Shown here in pieces: positions 63,623 to 64,000 of a DNA stretch of 64,000 nt. The notes beneath the pieces are model-generated. The model was not told the origin of the DNA, did no database searches, and worked only from the letters and a program-made list of their open reading frames with translations. The DNA comes from Candidatus Iainarchaeum sp. (GTDB lineage: Archaea; Iainarchaeota; Iainarchaeia; Iainarchaeales; JAZDDZ01). Both the position numbers and the translations under genes were made by a program. The first letter of the stretch is position 1. The number at the start of each line of letters is the position of its first letter. Location: assembly GCA_043809245.1 (NCBI GenBank), contig JAZDDZ010000007.1, positions 14,434-78,433 on the forward strand. The letters are read 5' to 3'.

Positions 63623-64000
63623 TTAAATTGTTCCCTTGCATGAGCCTGAAACTTGCCTTGTGAAGTCGCCGTCGAAGTAGGATAATACCAAGTCGACTGC
63701 ATGGCTGCCTGCGTTCAAAGTGGTTGGCGCTGTAAAGGTCATGGTTCCTGCCGCGTTTGCCTGCATTGCTTGTGTACCGTCAAATTCTGTTGCCAAATCC
63801 CTCTGTTCACTGGCTGTGTTTGCATCAAATATTGCTGTGGCTGTGACGAGGCTTAAGGCTCTTCCTGTTTCATTCGTGGTTCTTAACGTAAGACCCCCTG
63901 AATTTAACTGGAAGTTTGCGATTGGAATCTTCTCAAACCCGGTGCACCCTGATGTTCCAACCTGTGATGGGTTAATCAGGAACACCAATGCCACAATGAC
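63623..64000 (-). CDS. Pilin-like protein, 5'-truncated by the window edge
   Basis: The frame stays open to nt 64000 (VIVALVFLINPSQVGTSG...), a hydrophobic helix followed by a small Thr/Ala-rich beta domain, as in archaeal pilins. The annotated Met at 63994 sits inside the helix, so the true start is beyond the window. Confidence 0.5.
   Translation of the reverse strand, partial: VIVALVFLINPSQVGTSGCTGFEKIPIANFQLNSGGLTLRTTNETGRALSLVTATAIFDANTASEQRDLATEFDGTQAMQANAAGTMTFTAPTTLNAGSHAVDLVLSYFDGDFTRQVSGSCKGTI

Overview
Gene-dense 64-kb segment (about 48 CDS). I saw no rRNA, tRNA or CRISPR. It is archaeal: A-type ATP synthase B/D genes, class III (KGQ-type) signal-peptide pilins, FlaI/FlaJ-type pilus machinery, and AT-rich TATA-like elements about 27-40 nt upstream of start codons. 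Gene content fits a small-genome, surface-attached (DPANN-like) archaeon, but that lineage call is inference only. Layout: (1) nt 1-7424, housekeeping: atpB (5'-truncated, carrying a 569-aa LAGLIDADG intein), atpD, a RelE/ParE toxin-antitoxin pair plus a third small gene, pgk, a cupin-type phosphoglucose isomerase and a bacterial-type class I GAPDH. (2) nt 7526-11650, a polytopic membrane protein and an amino-sugar cassette (GT2, hexapeptide acetyltransferase, DegT aminotransferase). (3) nt 11753-34560, the dominant feature: one 20,133-nt ORF encoding a 6,710-aa secreted mosaic surface protein. It contains nested LamG domains, a DUF2341-like block, 21 copies of a ~105-aa Cys-pair repeat, Cys-rich knots and CARDB-like domains. 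Its stop overlaps (ATGA) the start of an ~892-aa surface protein that has three C-terminal transmembrane (TM) helices. (4) nt 34704-50239, a glycan-modification island: a polytopic membrane protein, a radical SAM enzyme, four glycosyltransferases, a second DegT, GNAT and FemAB-like acyltransferases and a methyltransferase. Embedded in it is a FAS-II-like enzyme set with no ACP gene (two KAS III paralogues, FabG-like SDR, two MaoC hotdog dehydratases, a crotonase, an Fe-S flavoprotein). (5) nt 50243-52483, small wHTH regulators, a transglutaminase-like protein and an RGG/coiled-coil protein. (6) nt 52581-64000, an Epd/Tad-like type IV pilus locus: 3-5 pilin-like genes, a 914-aa pilin-like protein whose vWA domain is split by a 7-repeat LVIVD propeller, an FN3/Cys-knot protein, a FlaI-type ATPase and two separate T2SSF platform genes. 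Best candidate for something new: the giant adhesin, its coupled membrane partner, the flanking glycan/acyl-modification genes and the modular-adhesin pilus may together form one cell-surface (host-attachment) super-locus. Domain boundaries inside large proteins are approximate (about +/-30 nt), and every family assignment is by-eye motif recognition, not a database search.
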